Below are positions 29,716 to 42,840 of a stretch of DNA of 64,000 bases, piece after piece. The translations under genes and the position numbers were made by a program. Origin of the DNA: Sphagnum compactum (lineage: Eukaryota); the NCBI GenBank assembly GCA_965153455.1, contig OZ234493.1, positions 25,348,213 through 25,412,212 on the forward strand. Direction: 5' to 3'. Numbering within the stretch: position 1 is the first letter of the stretch; the number at the start of each line of letters is the position of its first letter. The notes beneath the pieces are model-generated. The model saw only the letters and a program-made list of their open reading frames with translations, was not told the DNA's origin and did not search any database.

Positions 29716-30056
29716 TTGTTTGTTTGTTTGTTTGTTTGTTTTCTTTCTTTGTGTGTGTGTGTGTGTGTTTTTTTTTGGGTCGTTTTCTTTCTTTCTTTCT
29801 TTCTTCATACTTGTACTGTGCTGGCAGCAGCTGTGTGTCCTTGTTTGTCTTTATGTCCTTCAGGAGCAAGTGAGAAGTTTTTTTGTTGTTGATTTTTTGT
29901 GCTTCTAAGGTTTCGGGGAGTCAGTTTTCTTCTTATACCTTTGCCTTCTACACCTGAAAGCTCAGTTGAGAAATACAGAAACACTTGTTGAGGAGGAGGA
30001 GGAGGAGAAGAAGAAGAAGACGACGACGACGACGACGGCGGCCAAGAAGAAGAAGC
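29716..30056. repeat. Compound microsatellites in the UCH leader: (TTTG)n, (GT)n, then (GAG)n(AAG)n(ACG)n
   Basis: Direct reading at 29716-29768 and 29989-30056. Confidence 0.9.
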
Positions 30057-30063
30057 AGGCGGG

Positions 30064-33000
30064 ATGTCGTGGTGTACAATCGAGTCGGATCCGGGTACGT
30101 GGATTTTTTTTCGTCGATCTTTCTTTTTTCCCCAGTCGAGTGCTTCTTGCTTGTAAATTAGGTTGTCTTATCAGTCTGTATCCACATGAGACTCGCCATG
30201 GATTTCAAGCTGTTATCGAAAGAAGCTTTGGTATTTTTTTGCTTGCAATATCTGTAGCAGGACCTAATAACTATTCCATCACTCAAGCGACGAGCTAGTT
30301 TCGTTGCAGCGTTGAAATTGTAAATTTCTGGCGTAGTAGAACAAATTTCGAAGGAGAGAGAGAGAGAGATAGGGTCTTTTCTTTTTTTCTTTTTCCTGCG
30401 TTAGTAGGTTCTTTTTGTTGTTAAACCCTAGGTTCTCCGAAGTGTCTCATGCAGAGGTCATAACGAGAAGAGTGTTTATTCCCATGCAATCTTGAATAAC
30501 AAAAGCTGACATTAGGAAGGTGTAAGAGATTGGAACTGCAAATACTAATCATGACTTTCCATGTGCAGAGCAAGTATGCTTATGGTTGTGTGTTTAGGGT
30601 TAGGGTTTTACAGGCTTCTTATTCCCAGTACTCCATAAAGTGGAGGATTTTTTTTCTCCCTTACTATCCTGCTCAAGTCTAGGCATTTAGAAGCCCCCTT
30701 CAAGGCATAGGTAGGGTTCAAGGGATCAAGAAATTTTTATGTGTGTTACTCCCACCAAGGAGGTTCAGAGTTCAGAGTAGGAATATGTGTTTTATTCAAG
30801 CCACTGTCCCTCTTTACTTTTTGGTTCATGGTGTATCTTGCATAGACAAGGTAAAACTGTAGTGGATCTTGGAGTACAATACATCAGCGGTCAGGTTGAA
30901 TCTGAGGAAATTGTTGTGAGGAATGTACAACTTCAATCTGAGGAAACACAATGGCATTGACCAGAGGTTTGTATTTTTGCAGGGGTGTTTACAGAGCTCA
31001 TTCAGCAAATGCAAGTCAAAGGAGTTCAGGTAGATGTAGAAACTTGATTCCTGCTGCTGGTACAAATTTCAAGGCCATAATGCGTTCTCTATGCTTCTGA
31101 CAAAACACTGCAGAGATGACTACAGGACGTGACAGGGACCATAAAGCTGAAAGAGTTGTGCTGTTCTACACCCTTTCTTTCCATCCTCTATTTGGTCAGG
31201 GGCCCATCATCAGCAGGCAATGTAGATGTTGATTTGAGAGTCTTATTTGTGAATGTGTTATACTTAGAATGGGAGGTCACTAATGCTCAGTTCCTTTTTG
31301 TTTTGGAGCAGGTAGAAGAGCTCTACAGCCTGGACCTGGATTCACTTGGACAGCTCCGGTCAGATCTCTCTCTTGCTCTTACCAGTCTTGGCTAACCAGG
31401 TTTGTATCAGAAGGACTGACAATCAACTAGCATCTAAACATATCTCCATCATACATGTACTAGACCCATATGTTTGAATAATGGTGTGCCTGAAAATTAT
31501 GGGCACATAAATATATTCCTATCTCCACCCACCATTCAGAGCTGATGAAGTCAGTGGCGACTTATGGCAGCTTGTTACTGATATTCATGGTGAAGGTGGG
31601 TGATTGTTGAGACTTTGTGAGTGACAGTTGTAAAATTATGACTGCAGTCATAGTAGTTTCACTGGAACTGACAAAATGTTTACCTTCAAGTGTTGTGGTG
31701 GAGTTTTCTCTACGATCTCCTAGATATGTGGTAGGTCTGCAACCTGAGTATTCTGTATTTCTGGTCGTCTCCTCCTGCAGGCCTGTCTATGGGTTGATAT
31801 TTCTTTTCAAGTGGCGACCTGGGGAGAAAGATGTTCGACCTGTATTAAAGGAAAGCAACCCCAATATATTTTTCGCTAGCCAGGTTTCTGCAGACCTCAA
31901 ATTCTCTGTGCCAAAAGTCCCATTTTCTTATTTGAACAGGCTTATATCATCTCTGAGATAACTTGGGAAAAAGGCCTTAAAGGGAGGTGGTTCTTGAATT
32001 GATTTGTGTGAGTGGATTCTTAGTGATGCAAATTGATGAATATCCATATGTTCTGCAGTTGTACCACTCACCATAGACATACTAGATTTGTCAACATGCA
32101 GAGTTCACCCTCAATGATACTTGTCTCACAGGTTGAGTGTGGCTTTTGCTGGGTATATGTAGCGATGCAAGCTGTATGTTAACACAGACTTGTACTATTG
32201 CAACATAGATGGCTGTGTAGAGCAGATAAAACAATATTCAGCTCTCCATGCATCACCTGTACATTATATGCCAGCTGTATACTTCCTTCAATATGCTAGA
32301 GATGTATGGCAGATTGTTGATTGTATTTTGATTGTTTGCATCTGTGATCATAACTATGATTGCTGTGGTGGTCTTACCTCAGGTCATAAATAATGCATGT
32401 GCCACACAAGCGATTCTTTCTATCCTCATGAATAGGGCAGAAATTGATATTGGACCAGAGCTCTCTATGCTGAAGGAATTCACTAAAGGGTTTCCTGCTG
32501 AGTTGAAAGGGCTTGCAATCAACAACAGTGAAGCTATTCGCACGGCACACAACAGTTTTGCCAGGCCAGAGCCATTTGTGGCCGATGAACAGAAAACAGC
32601 TGACAAGGATGATGATGTGTATCATTTCATAAGCTATCTGCCTGTTGATGGAGTCCTCTATGAACTTGATGGACTCAAGGAAGGTCCGATTAACCTTGGC
32701 GAGTGTGGTGCTGGTGGCCCGGATTCGATGGAATGGCTTGAACTGGTACAACCAGTGATTCAAGAGAGGATTGAGAAGTACTCAAAAAGTGAAATCAGAT
32801 TCAATCTCATGGCAGTGATCAAGAATAGAAAGGACATATACAGTGCAGAGATGCTGGAGCTGGAAAATAGAAGGGCTCAGATATTAGAGCAGATGGAGGC
32901 TGCACAGACCAAGGGGGAAGATGCTATGGAAGTTGATTCAGTGGGAGAGAAGGAGGGAATCTCCCTTCAAAAACTACAGCACTCACTTATGGATGTGGAG

Positions 33001-33180
33001 TCTGAGATTGCAAAGGTAGGTGACAAGATAGCACTTGAGGATGAGAAATTCAGGAAGTGGAAAACAGAGAACATTCGGCGTAAACATAACTACATTCCCT
33101 TCCTCTTCAATTTTCTGAAGATCCTTGCTGAGAAGAAACAGCTGAAGCCTCTCATTGAGAAAGCACGACAGAAACCATGA
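30064..33180 (+). CDS. UCH2: Ubiquitin C-terminal hydrolase, UCH37/UCHL5 type (peptidase C12), 5 exons, about 341 aa
   Basis: Exons 30064-30094, 30983-31029, 31312-31358, 31781-31883, 32383-33180 (1026 nt), all GT-AG and in phase. [17 protein letters not shown] start, [11 protein letters not shown] catalytic Cys, YHFISY His, LYELDGL Asp, and the C-terminal [12 protein letters not shown] tail typical of UCHL5. Confidence 0.95.
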
Positions 33181-33906
33181 GAATGTTATTCCTTTCAAAT
33201 GGAAACGTAGATTGACAAAGACCAGTGCAATAGATCACATGTTTTTGTCTTTCATCATTTGTGGTGATTTTTGCCTCTTGAATTTTTTCCTTTTTGCCCT
33301 TAACCATGGAAAGATCTTCTAGTGATTTGTGGATTGTTTCTTGCTTACAGTTACCTTGAGAACAAGGATGGATACTGTTGAGCCTTTTACCTTTCTCATA
33401 CCTTGGGGCTCTTGCCAACAACTTGGGGGTTTGGTCCATGGACAGTGATTCTTCAGGAGACCTGTCCAGGAACAGGAAGTAGCGAAATTTGGCAGGCATA
33501 ATTGAGGTTCAGTGTTAGGGTTGCTGGCATGGAATTCATTTACTAAGCTAGCCTAACTTTTCTAATCAACCTTTAACATAGGGATTAGGGTTTTTTGTCC
33601 CCAATTTCCTGAAGGGATGTCACAAGTGGCTTTTTTAGCCAATTGAGTTGTAAACAAAAAAGAATAACATTCAACCTGAGTTCAAGCAATGAATATGCAT
33701 GCACCTACCTATCTAATGCAAATCAAGCCACCAAATATTGATGTGTGATCCAAGCAATCAGAAATTTACAAAGGTACCTAGTTTAGTGTCGATGTTTGTT
33801 CTTCATACTTGAAAAAATTGCCACAGTGAACCAGCACCCACCAGCACACCATGAAGGATGAATAGTGGTCAGGAAACAGTTTTCTGTTCGGTTCCAGTTC
33901 ACTAGC

Positions 33907-34069
33907 TAACCATGGTGGTTAGCTCGATTGCTTTTTTTTTCTACCTACTTACTAACCCACAAGCAGGTTGTTAATAGATAGGTAGTTTTAACCATGGTGG
34001 TAAGCTGAATTGCTTTTTTTTCCTACCTACTTACTAACCCACAAGCAGGTTGTTAATAGGTAGGTAGTA
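33907..34069. repeat. Two-copy tandem duplication, about 82-bp unit
   Basis: taaccatggtgg..ctacctacttactaacccacaagcaggttgttaatag.taggtagt occurs twice head-to-tail. Confidence 0.9.
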
Positions 34070-35229
34070 AAAACAGCCCTTACCTATGAATAAACCTTCT
34101 ATTTAGCTAGTAATTACAATTTCTAGTACTGGTACTTTTAAGTCTTCACGCCATGTGGAACCTTCACAACATTCCAGATTGCGATCATGTGTTGAATGTT
34201 GACCATGCAAGTGCAAATTAATTTAATCTGGCTAATGATCAAGGTTAATGAGAATTTTAAGTAGGAGGTTGGGTTGGGCATTAGTGGAGCATTGGGATTG
34301 ATTAGGAGCTGGGGACTTTTCAAGAGTTTTGGTTCTTCCTCACAAATCGTAGAATTGTGTTCAATTGTCATCAATAATATGCACAAAATATGTTCAAGTT
34401 GTGACTTTTCTAAAGTGCCACTATCATTTGTTGTAAGCAAAGCAACCGTTCACATTGAGAGAATACCATGTCATATGATTTTTTCATTACATGTTTTAAA
34501 GAGGTATTTTTGGGGTATTATGGGTGGGAGTTTTAATTCTTTTCATCTTATTATTCTTTAACTTCTTAATATTCACATATTTTAACCACTTTAAATTTGA
34601 TTTAAATTTTATATTTGCATTGAATTTTGGCACCATATAATTATTTGAATATTTAGTTTAAAATGTGAATGATGAGTGAAGGTTGTGATTATGTGTGAAC
34701 AAAGACTCATCACATGAAATGCTCAAATTTAATGTTAAAAACACATTAACAAACATTTCAAAAGAATTTTTTTTCAATTATTTGCTTCATTTTTGTTCAA
34801 ATTGTGTCCTTATAGTTTGACAAGAGAATATTTTTTCTATTTTTTCAATTCCAAATTTTGAGCATTAGCCTTTAATATTTTATTGATTTATTTCATATTT
34901 CATGTGTAGATTGTCAGAGTTATAGTTGACATATATCATTTTATAAATTCAAGTTTCAATTTATTTGGAATGAATTATTAACTTTCAAAGTTGACGGTGT
35001 CACATGTAAATTGGGTACCAAAAATGCAAAAATTAAGAAAATAGATCAACATAATAATGCCATGTGTTAAATGCAATCCTTTGAAAGGACTTTGACTTTT
35101 ATGTAGGAATAAAAATGACATTTCAAGAGTCCTGCATATTAACATAATAATCCATGTGACGGTTAAAAATAAGTGATTCTTAATTTAAGTTAGGTTTAAT
35201 GTTTTCATTTAGTGGTCACCATCTTCAAC

Positions 35230-38200
35230 TACTCTTCATAACAATCCTAACTATTCATAAAAGTAAGAATGTTTAATAAAAATGAAAGGTTTTGTGAGGA
35301 TGTAGGCAAACATATGTTAGTGGGACAATACATCACAATATTGTGTTTGTCAATGACTTGAATCTTGGTGTCCAATGTAATTGGATGTCAATACGTTTAG
35401 TCCAATTATGGAACTTGGTTGTATCAATCGAAGTGATAGTGCTTCAACTATAACAAAATAGGGTAATGGGGGCATCATCTTTCAAAGCCAAGATCAATGA
35501 GTAAGTGGCAAATCCATATAGTTTTGGTATTAGCTTTCATTAAAGCCATGTACTTGGCTTCTATACTAGACAATACAATTGCTTGCTACTTATGACTTGA
35601 CTAGATAATGATGCCAAATGAGAAAATAAAATTGTACCCAAATGTTGAATGTCAAGTATCAAGGTTTCCATCGCAATCAAGGTCTAAATATCCTAAAGAG
35701 GTTGGGGATTATTAACACTAGTATATTGAAAGTACAAGGTCAAAATGCCTTCAATGTGATACAATATAACATTCCAACGTATGTAGGATAGATTGGACAT
35801 GTATTGAACACCAACTCCCACTAGAGAGAACAAATAAAGTTGTGTGCAAACCAAGGCCCACATCAAAGAGCCACAAGGAGACTTATAAGGAACATTAAGC
35901 ATGTATTGTTTCTTCATGTCCATATAAGTAGGACAACCATGAATTAAAAGATGGAAGCCAAGTTCCATGGGTGTGCGAGTTGGCAATCATGCATACTATT
36001 TTTTTTCAATTTGTAAAGTAGATACCATTTCTTTGTGATGCAAATCCATCTTGCAGATTGGATGATTTCATGACTCACATAGTGGTGAACATCCCCCAAG
36101 TCTATCAATTCATATTCATCTTTAAGGATTTTTTTGAAATAAACAAGGAAGGTTAAACTGTGGGTAGTAAGGATTATGTCATCAACATAAAAGGCAAAGA
36201 TGCCAAAGTCTAGGTGTTTGTGAAACATATAAACATTAGAGCTTGTAATAAATTGTAAAAAACCTAACAATTCAAGAGAAAAATATCAATTTGGTGATAC
36301 CACATTTGAAATGATTATTTAGGTTGTAACTAAATCAATATAATTTGCAAGTTCATTTTGGATCCCCAACACCTTTAACACCTTATGATATTTTCATGTA
36401 AATGATTTCATCCAAATTTCCATTGAAGGACACAATTTTGACATCCAACTAATGCATGGAGATCGTGTTGTGTTGCTAGGGCAAGAATGACTCAAATAAG
36501 AGTTATTTCAACTATAAAGGAAATTTTTTTATTATAGTTAATGCCAAATAGGCTTTGTATCATGCAATCCAACCATTAAGTTACATTTAAGGTTGTAAAC
36601 TTGTTTGCATCCTACTAATTGGCACCCAAGAGATAATTTTTCAATAATTCAAGTGCAATTATGCTCCAAGAACTAAAGCTTGTCATGCACAACAATTTGC
36701 CATTGATGAACATGTAGATTTAAAAACACCTATTGATAAGTTGTAGGGTCAAAAATTATTGAAATAAATTGGGTGATCATAACATTTTTTTGGTGGGGTT
36801 TGGATGCCTTAGTTTGGGAAGAGGGCAAGGGGGAGAATAAGGTTGTGATCTTATGACTTTTTTACCTTGTCTTGAGTTGATGATGAAGAAATAAGGTTGG
36901 AGGAAGTATGTCACACTAGAGGTGTCAAAAAAGGAGGTGGGCATTCATAAGTTAAAAAAGGAGGTGTGTTAGGGATAGGTGGGTCTGGTATCAACACATT
37001 TGATAATGGAAGAAATCCCTTGGAGGTGTACCATGTAACAAGGGGTTGGGGAAGAATTGGATTAAGATATTTTTGAAAGAAAGTGAACTCAAATTGCAAT
37101 TTTTGTAATTGTGTCATCATCAATAGGATCTTTCATGATAAAAGGCTAATGCATATCCTCCACAAACTTAATGTTAATCTCAAGATAATGATCCATCAAT
37201 CAAATATGCTTTCAGGCTTATATATTTTAAATGAATCACTATATCCCAAAAGATGGTAAGTGTTGCTCCATATTTCATATGAAGAATTGTATGTTGTTGA
37301 AGAGTTTTCTTTGATAAATGATTTTGCACATAATTAGCAATAACAAGATCCTCTCCCCAACATGACTTTGGGAGTTGTGCTTGAAATAACATAGACCATA
37401 TTGCTTTCATAAAAGTTGGATTGAAACACTTGACAACATCATTATTTTGTGTTGTATGTGGAACCATCAATTTTAGCCTTAAAGACATATTCATGGCCAT
37501 TATCTTTCTTTAAAATATACATTTTGCATTGAAGTTGAATCTCAACATATTCTTCCATTATTTGAAAATATTGAGAGCTTGAAAATTTTATTGTAAAAAC
37601 ACCATTGAGTATAAAAAAATCATTAATCAATGTCAGGAAACATTTATAACCCAAATGAATGGTTGACATCAAAGGACCACGTGTGTCAAAATGTACCATA
37701 CCCAACAACTCAAAAGTTTGAATACCATCTTCTTTTGGAAAGGGTTGACAATTGTGTTGTCCCTTGATACAACCAACATAAAAAGAAAATTTAAGGATGA
37801 TCATAGACCTTACACCACATACCATGTTACCATTGAATAATTGCTAGAAATGGGCTTGGCTAATGTGGCCAAGATGCCTATGCCAAATTTTAACAATCGT
37901 TGTAATAAACATTGGCATGGAAACTATGTGGGTAAGAGGGCAAGATTCTCCAAGCTTGTACAAGTCATTGACTTTGTAACAATTGGTGATGAGTTGACCA
38001 TGAGAGTCAAATAGGGAAAAATGATATTTTATAAAATCATTTTTCTTTTAGAAGTATCAAAATGCTTGATAGAACAAAGATTCTTTCATAATCCTTGAAC
38101 ATGCAAAAAATTGGATATGATTGCGTCATGTGCAACATGAGAATGTGCAAATGTTGAACTGGTTTTTCTGTATTTTGACTAGCTCATTTTTTATTGCAAT

Positions 38201-39002
38201 TTGTTTGTGACAATCTTGTATGACATGGTTAGTCAATTTAGAATTAAAACATTTGAAAATACATTTTCCTTAATTTAGGGTTTCAAATCTTTTGTTTGGA
38301 ATTGTTTTGTTGCCAAGTTGAAGAGGAAGCTTGACAACCTCTTATTCTATGGGTGTATCCTTGCTTGTGGGCATATAATAAAGTTATAGCAAGTCTTAAT
38401 CATCATTTTTCATCATTGTCTTCTTTAGGCTCAAAGATATGTCATCAATTGAAGAAAGGTCAAAGTGTTGTTTGCTCTTAATGCAATCAAGAAGTTACAA
38501 TAAAAATGCACATACTTTAAAATAACAACCTCCTCATTAAATATGGGTCCACCAATAGAACTTAATTGATCTAACAAAGCTTGAAAAGAATGAATAAGTT
38601 TTATGAGGTTAATGCCTTCCTTGATTTTAATGGTGGCAAGTTTATCTTTGAAGTACATCTTGGTAGCAAGGTCATGTGCATCATAGAAATTTGTTAGTGC
38701 CACCCACGTTTCATGAGTTGTGGACTATGCAATGACATGGTTATTATCCAAACAATTGAGAAGATATGATAAAGCAATGTTATTTTGTGTGTCCCATTCT
38801 TCCTTTCCTCTTGCAGCTATAGTAGGTGTATGCTAAATTACTCATTTCATAATTAGTGTGGGGGTGGTGGTTATGAGTATTTTTTCATTAACAATATTTA
38901 AGAGTTCCTTTGTTCAAAAGAAAAAATTGGAATCTATGTTTTCAACTATGGAAATAAGTTCCTTCATACTTAGGGGAGGTCACTGATTTTAAGTCTAGAC
39001 AT
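35230..39002 (-). mobile_element. Heavily decayed Ty1/copia retrotransposon internal region (no LTRs found)
   Basis: Minus-strand order is gag (MSRLKISDLPKYEG; ATKMYFKDKLATIKIKEG), GAG-pre (WHRHLGH), integrase (MVHFDTRGP, KDNG, LPKSCWGE), RT (QLDVK, FYVDDIILT), RNase H (LSSIEAKYMAL). Integrase before RT is the copia order. Many stops and frameshifts; boundaries approximate. Confidence 0.88.
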
Positions 39003-42000
39003 CTTCCCTTCAAATTTGTCGATATCACAACACAAGAAAAAATCTTGTTGTTTTACAAGCCCGCACATTGCGATTACTATTCAATTTGACTACATTTCAA
39101 TCACATTGGATCATCTTTACATTTATAAATGGCTTGTTGCACTAATTAATGGTCAATATTGTTTATAGTTATAACATTCACTACATGGGCTCATTCATAG
39201 TTGGGGTCCAGAAAGGAACGTCTAACTAAAAAAGGATTGCAAAAGACAGTTTTATATTTTCATAATGTTTAAGATACTACAACTATGGTGTATTATTGTT
39301 TCTATTATTAAAATATGGAGATTTTTTTTAAAAAAAATCCAATAATTATTGGATGTTATATAAAAGTCTTTTTGAGTCCTTGATCAATTTATGATCAATT
39401 TTCCACATTATAGTTTTTTCATAAACCAATGCAAAAGGAATGCATAAAATGATGCAATTGATTTCAAACTTTTTGTACAAGAAACCATGCTTCTTTTTAT
39501 GCAACTACGTATTCATTAGGTCAATGAAAAAATAAATCATATGAAAATTTCAAAGTCTTGAAATTTTGAAACAAAAGGCTACAAGGAAAATGATTCCTTT
39601 ATTAAATCATTTAGTTAATTTTTTCTTCACTAGGTTCAATATTTCTAACACTAGATGCAAGTCACATGCACAATAAATAATCATGTAAAAAAAATGTTTA
39701 ATTGATTTTTAAAGCCCATTTTGGCATTTTTTGCGTTTCTACAAATTATTCATGCATATTTATGTACACATTTGAAAAGTCATCACCATCACATGAATTA
39801 TCTTATTTTGGACTATTGAACTTTTTTTACTTAAATTTGTTTCATGTAAATTTTGTTTGTAGAAAGTAGCCTTAAGAGGTCTTGAATTTTCTTTTTCTTT
39901 TTTTGGTACCCCAACCATGCATAGACCCACATTATTCACTTATGAGTATAATTTGGGTTTTATTTATTTTTAAAATTTTTGAATTATTGATGTGACAATT
40001 GAAGTAACCTTTAATTTTATTTACACAATGCATTATAATGGGTTAATAAATTTTTTGACATTTTTTCAATAGTCAATGTGTACACGAGTTAAGCCATTCA
40101 CTTTAATATGTTAAAATAATTATTTGCATGTTACATTTTGCACTTATTAAAATATATTGAAGCACGTGCAATTTGACATTGTTTTGCAATTATACTTTAA
40201 TGATTTAATGAGTTTTTTCACATCTCTTGAACTATCAACATGTATACATGAGTTCAATCATACATTTTGAACCTATTGAAACCATTACTCAAATGTTACA
40301 TATTGCATTTATTAGTATATATTGAAACACATAAAAAAACTTAATGTGTCACATTTATACTTGAATAGGTTGTGAGTTTTATGACATTTCTTGACTATCA
40401 ACATTGACACATGAATTGAATAATTCATTTTGAATATGTTAAATCCATTATTCATGAGTTGCATTTTGTATTCATCACAATTTCTTGAGATGAACATTGT
40501 ATAAAAACTTAACAAATCTCACATTTATATTTCAATGGGTAAATGATTCAAGCAAAATGTTCATGCATGCAAATTTCAAGGTGCATGTAGACCTTTAAAT
40601 TATAAAATTTTAATATATTAAATTTTTTTACATTTAGTAAAACAAAATATATGCCTTCCCCTTGTTTGTTTTTTATGCATCATAAACAAGTTTTTTATTA
40701 TAAATGTTCATGATGCCACACCAAAAATAATTCCTAATTTTTTTCCCCATTTTTTTCTTTTGATGTATCAAAAACAAAATCCATGCTAAATTTTTTTATT
40801 GAATTTTATCTTTATTTTTTTATATGTTTAAATTATCAAGATTTTTTTACTTATTATTTTTTATATTACCATGATTTAACTATTTTAAAGGCTTTTTTTG
40901 TTACAAGTTTATGTTTAATATTTATACATGAATTTTAAAAATTAGTTATAAATAATCAAATTAATGAAAATAATTAAATCAAGAAAATTCTCTAAAAGTC
41001 CATGATATAGATTAGGACATGTTTTTTTAAAAGCCCCTTATAACAGGGATTCATTATTTACCATTGAAAGTCTTTTGAATTTTAGAACTTTCAAAATTGC
41101 AAAGAGCTTGTGCATTTGCATCTACTTAAAGGCTTTAGAACAACAAAGGTTTAACACTTAAAATTGCAAGGAAAACAAAGTGCACAGTGAGAGATTAGAA
41201 AGTTTGACATCAAAGGGAAATAATTTCCGATTAGGATGCATCTCAAAAAAGAAAATTGATTCATTTAGCTTTCATTCAAACTCCCTGATTGTTGAATCAC
41301 CCAGCAACTCTTTCCATAGAAAGTAATACATCTTCAACATGTTGCAATTTGTAATGTTACATGTTTTGTTCTTTAGTACGTTTTACTATTGTGGTAGTAA
41401 AAGTTTGATTTTGCTCCTCTCTAATCAGTGTGCAAGTTGATCTCAAACACCTGTGTTAAACTCAATGTAGTTCAATATCACTTACCAATGACAATATGAA
41501 ACATTGTCTAAATGTCTGCAATATTCAATTTTCCAAATATTCCTTCCCCAATGAAGAGCTTTTGCCTAGTTTGAAACCTTAGACTTCAATTGTGAAAGTC
41601 ATCAGTTCATCATCACTAAATAGGGACAAAATACGTCCATCCTCCATTAAAAACTCTCACAAGCATGTAGCATGGGCAATAGGTACACTTCCAATACTCG
41701 ATATGAGGATAAAGAAAACTATATAGATAGGGACCATCATTTCAACTAATTATGTAAGTTATTGAAAAATTAGTGCATCCAATTCCCAATTCCTTAACAG
41801 ATAATGAAACTATACTGCATCCAAAGCTTGTAGCGGAGAGGAAAAAAAGAGGAAGATGAAGAGAGGCATATTAAGTATTAAAAATTGCTCCACACTTATG
41901 ATTTAAGTCAAAGTGTTTATTTATTTAGATAATTCTTCAAAGGCCTTTCAGTATAATTCTTCTATTCATATGATCAATACTAGTATGACTGACCACTGTG

Positions 42001-42840
42001 AAAACAAGTGATGAAGACAAGGAAGCATTTGACAAACACAATTTTTTTTCTTTTCCAAAATGGAAAGGTCAATATATAAACCAAAACAACCTTGTTGTTC
42101 AAAATGGTTTTGAAGATATTTACGTTACCATATATTATATTAGCTAGTCCAACCAACTCTTCTCTACAAAGTATATGGGAAATCTCTAAAATTCCCATAT
42201 CTCAAAACCGTCTTTGTGAGAACATTACCATAACAATTCAAAAGACTAAATTAATGGTCCATATTACATCCAGTTGAGGAACAAAAAGCACCAAAGATCC
42301 TAGTCATGGAATTATGAATTTGATGCAATCATATTTCTAAACAAATGATTAAGCAAAACTGCATCACAATAACCCAATGTTTTGAGCAAAAATAACATGT
42401 GCCTGTGGAGGTTGCCACAACATTTCAATTTGCCCTTTGCTATTGAAAAAAGTATGGCCATCATGCAACATCATCAAAATGAATTGGAAGATTGGTTAGA
42501 TACAGGGGTGTGGCCTTCTACATATAAACTTAGCCTAAGTTTCCAGTCTCACACTGTCACTGAACATAATGACATGTAAGAGATTTACCAGTGTAGTCGG
42601 AGAGTGCCTTAAATCCATATTCTTTTTCTTAACACTCATGCCATCTTAAAATTTTGGGTGAGCTCTTACATTTTTGTAAGGGCCCCTCAATTTTTCTTAA
42701 CATGATGTGTAGAAGTTGGCACAATCATGAGACACACACAATAATACGCTCTGATGGGCATGTTACCAGAATTCAATTGTTGCCTCAAGTGAGCACCTTC
42801 TTCTAGTAAGGCCCCATCAGCTGACCTTACCCACCACTTT

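Noticed and set aside
32332..32382. Signal-peptide-like start of the 282-aa UCH ORF
   Set aside because: It is intron sequence upstream of the acceptor at 32382.
39100..41000. AT-rich stretch with Cys-containing short reads, possibly a decayed DNA transposon
   Set aside because: Could not assign any family motif with confidence.
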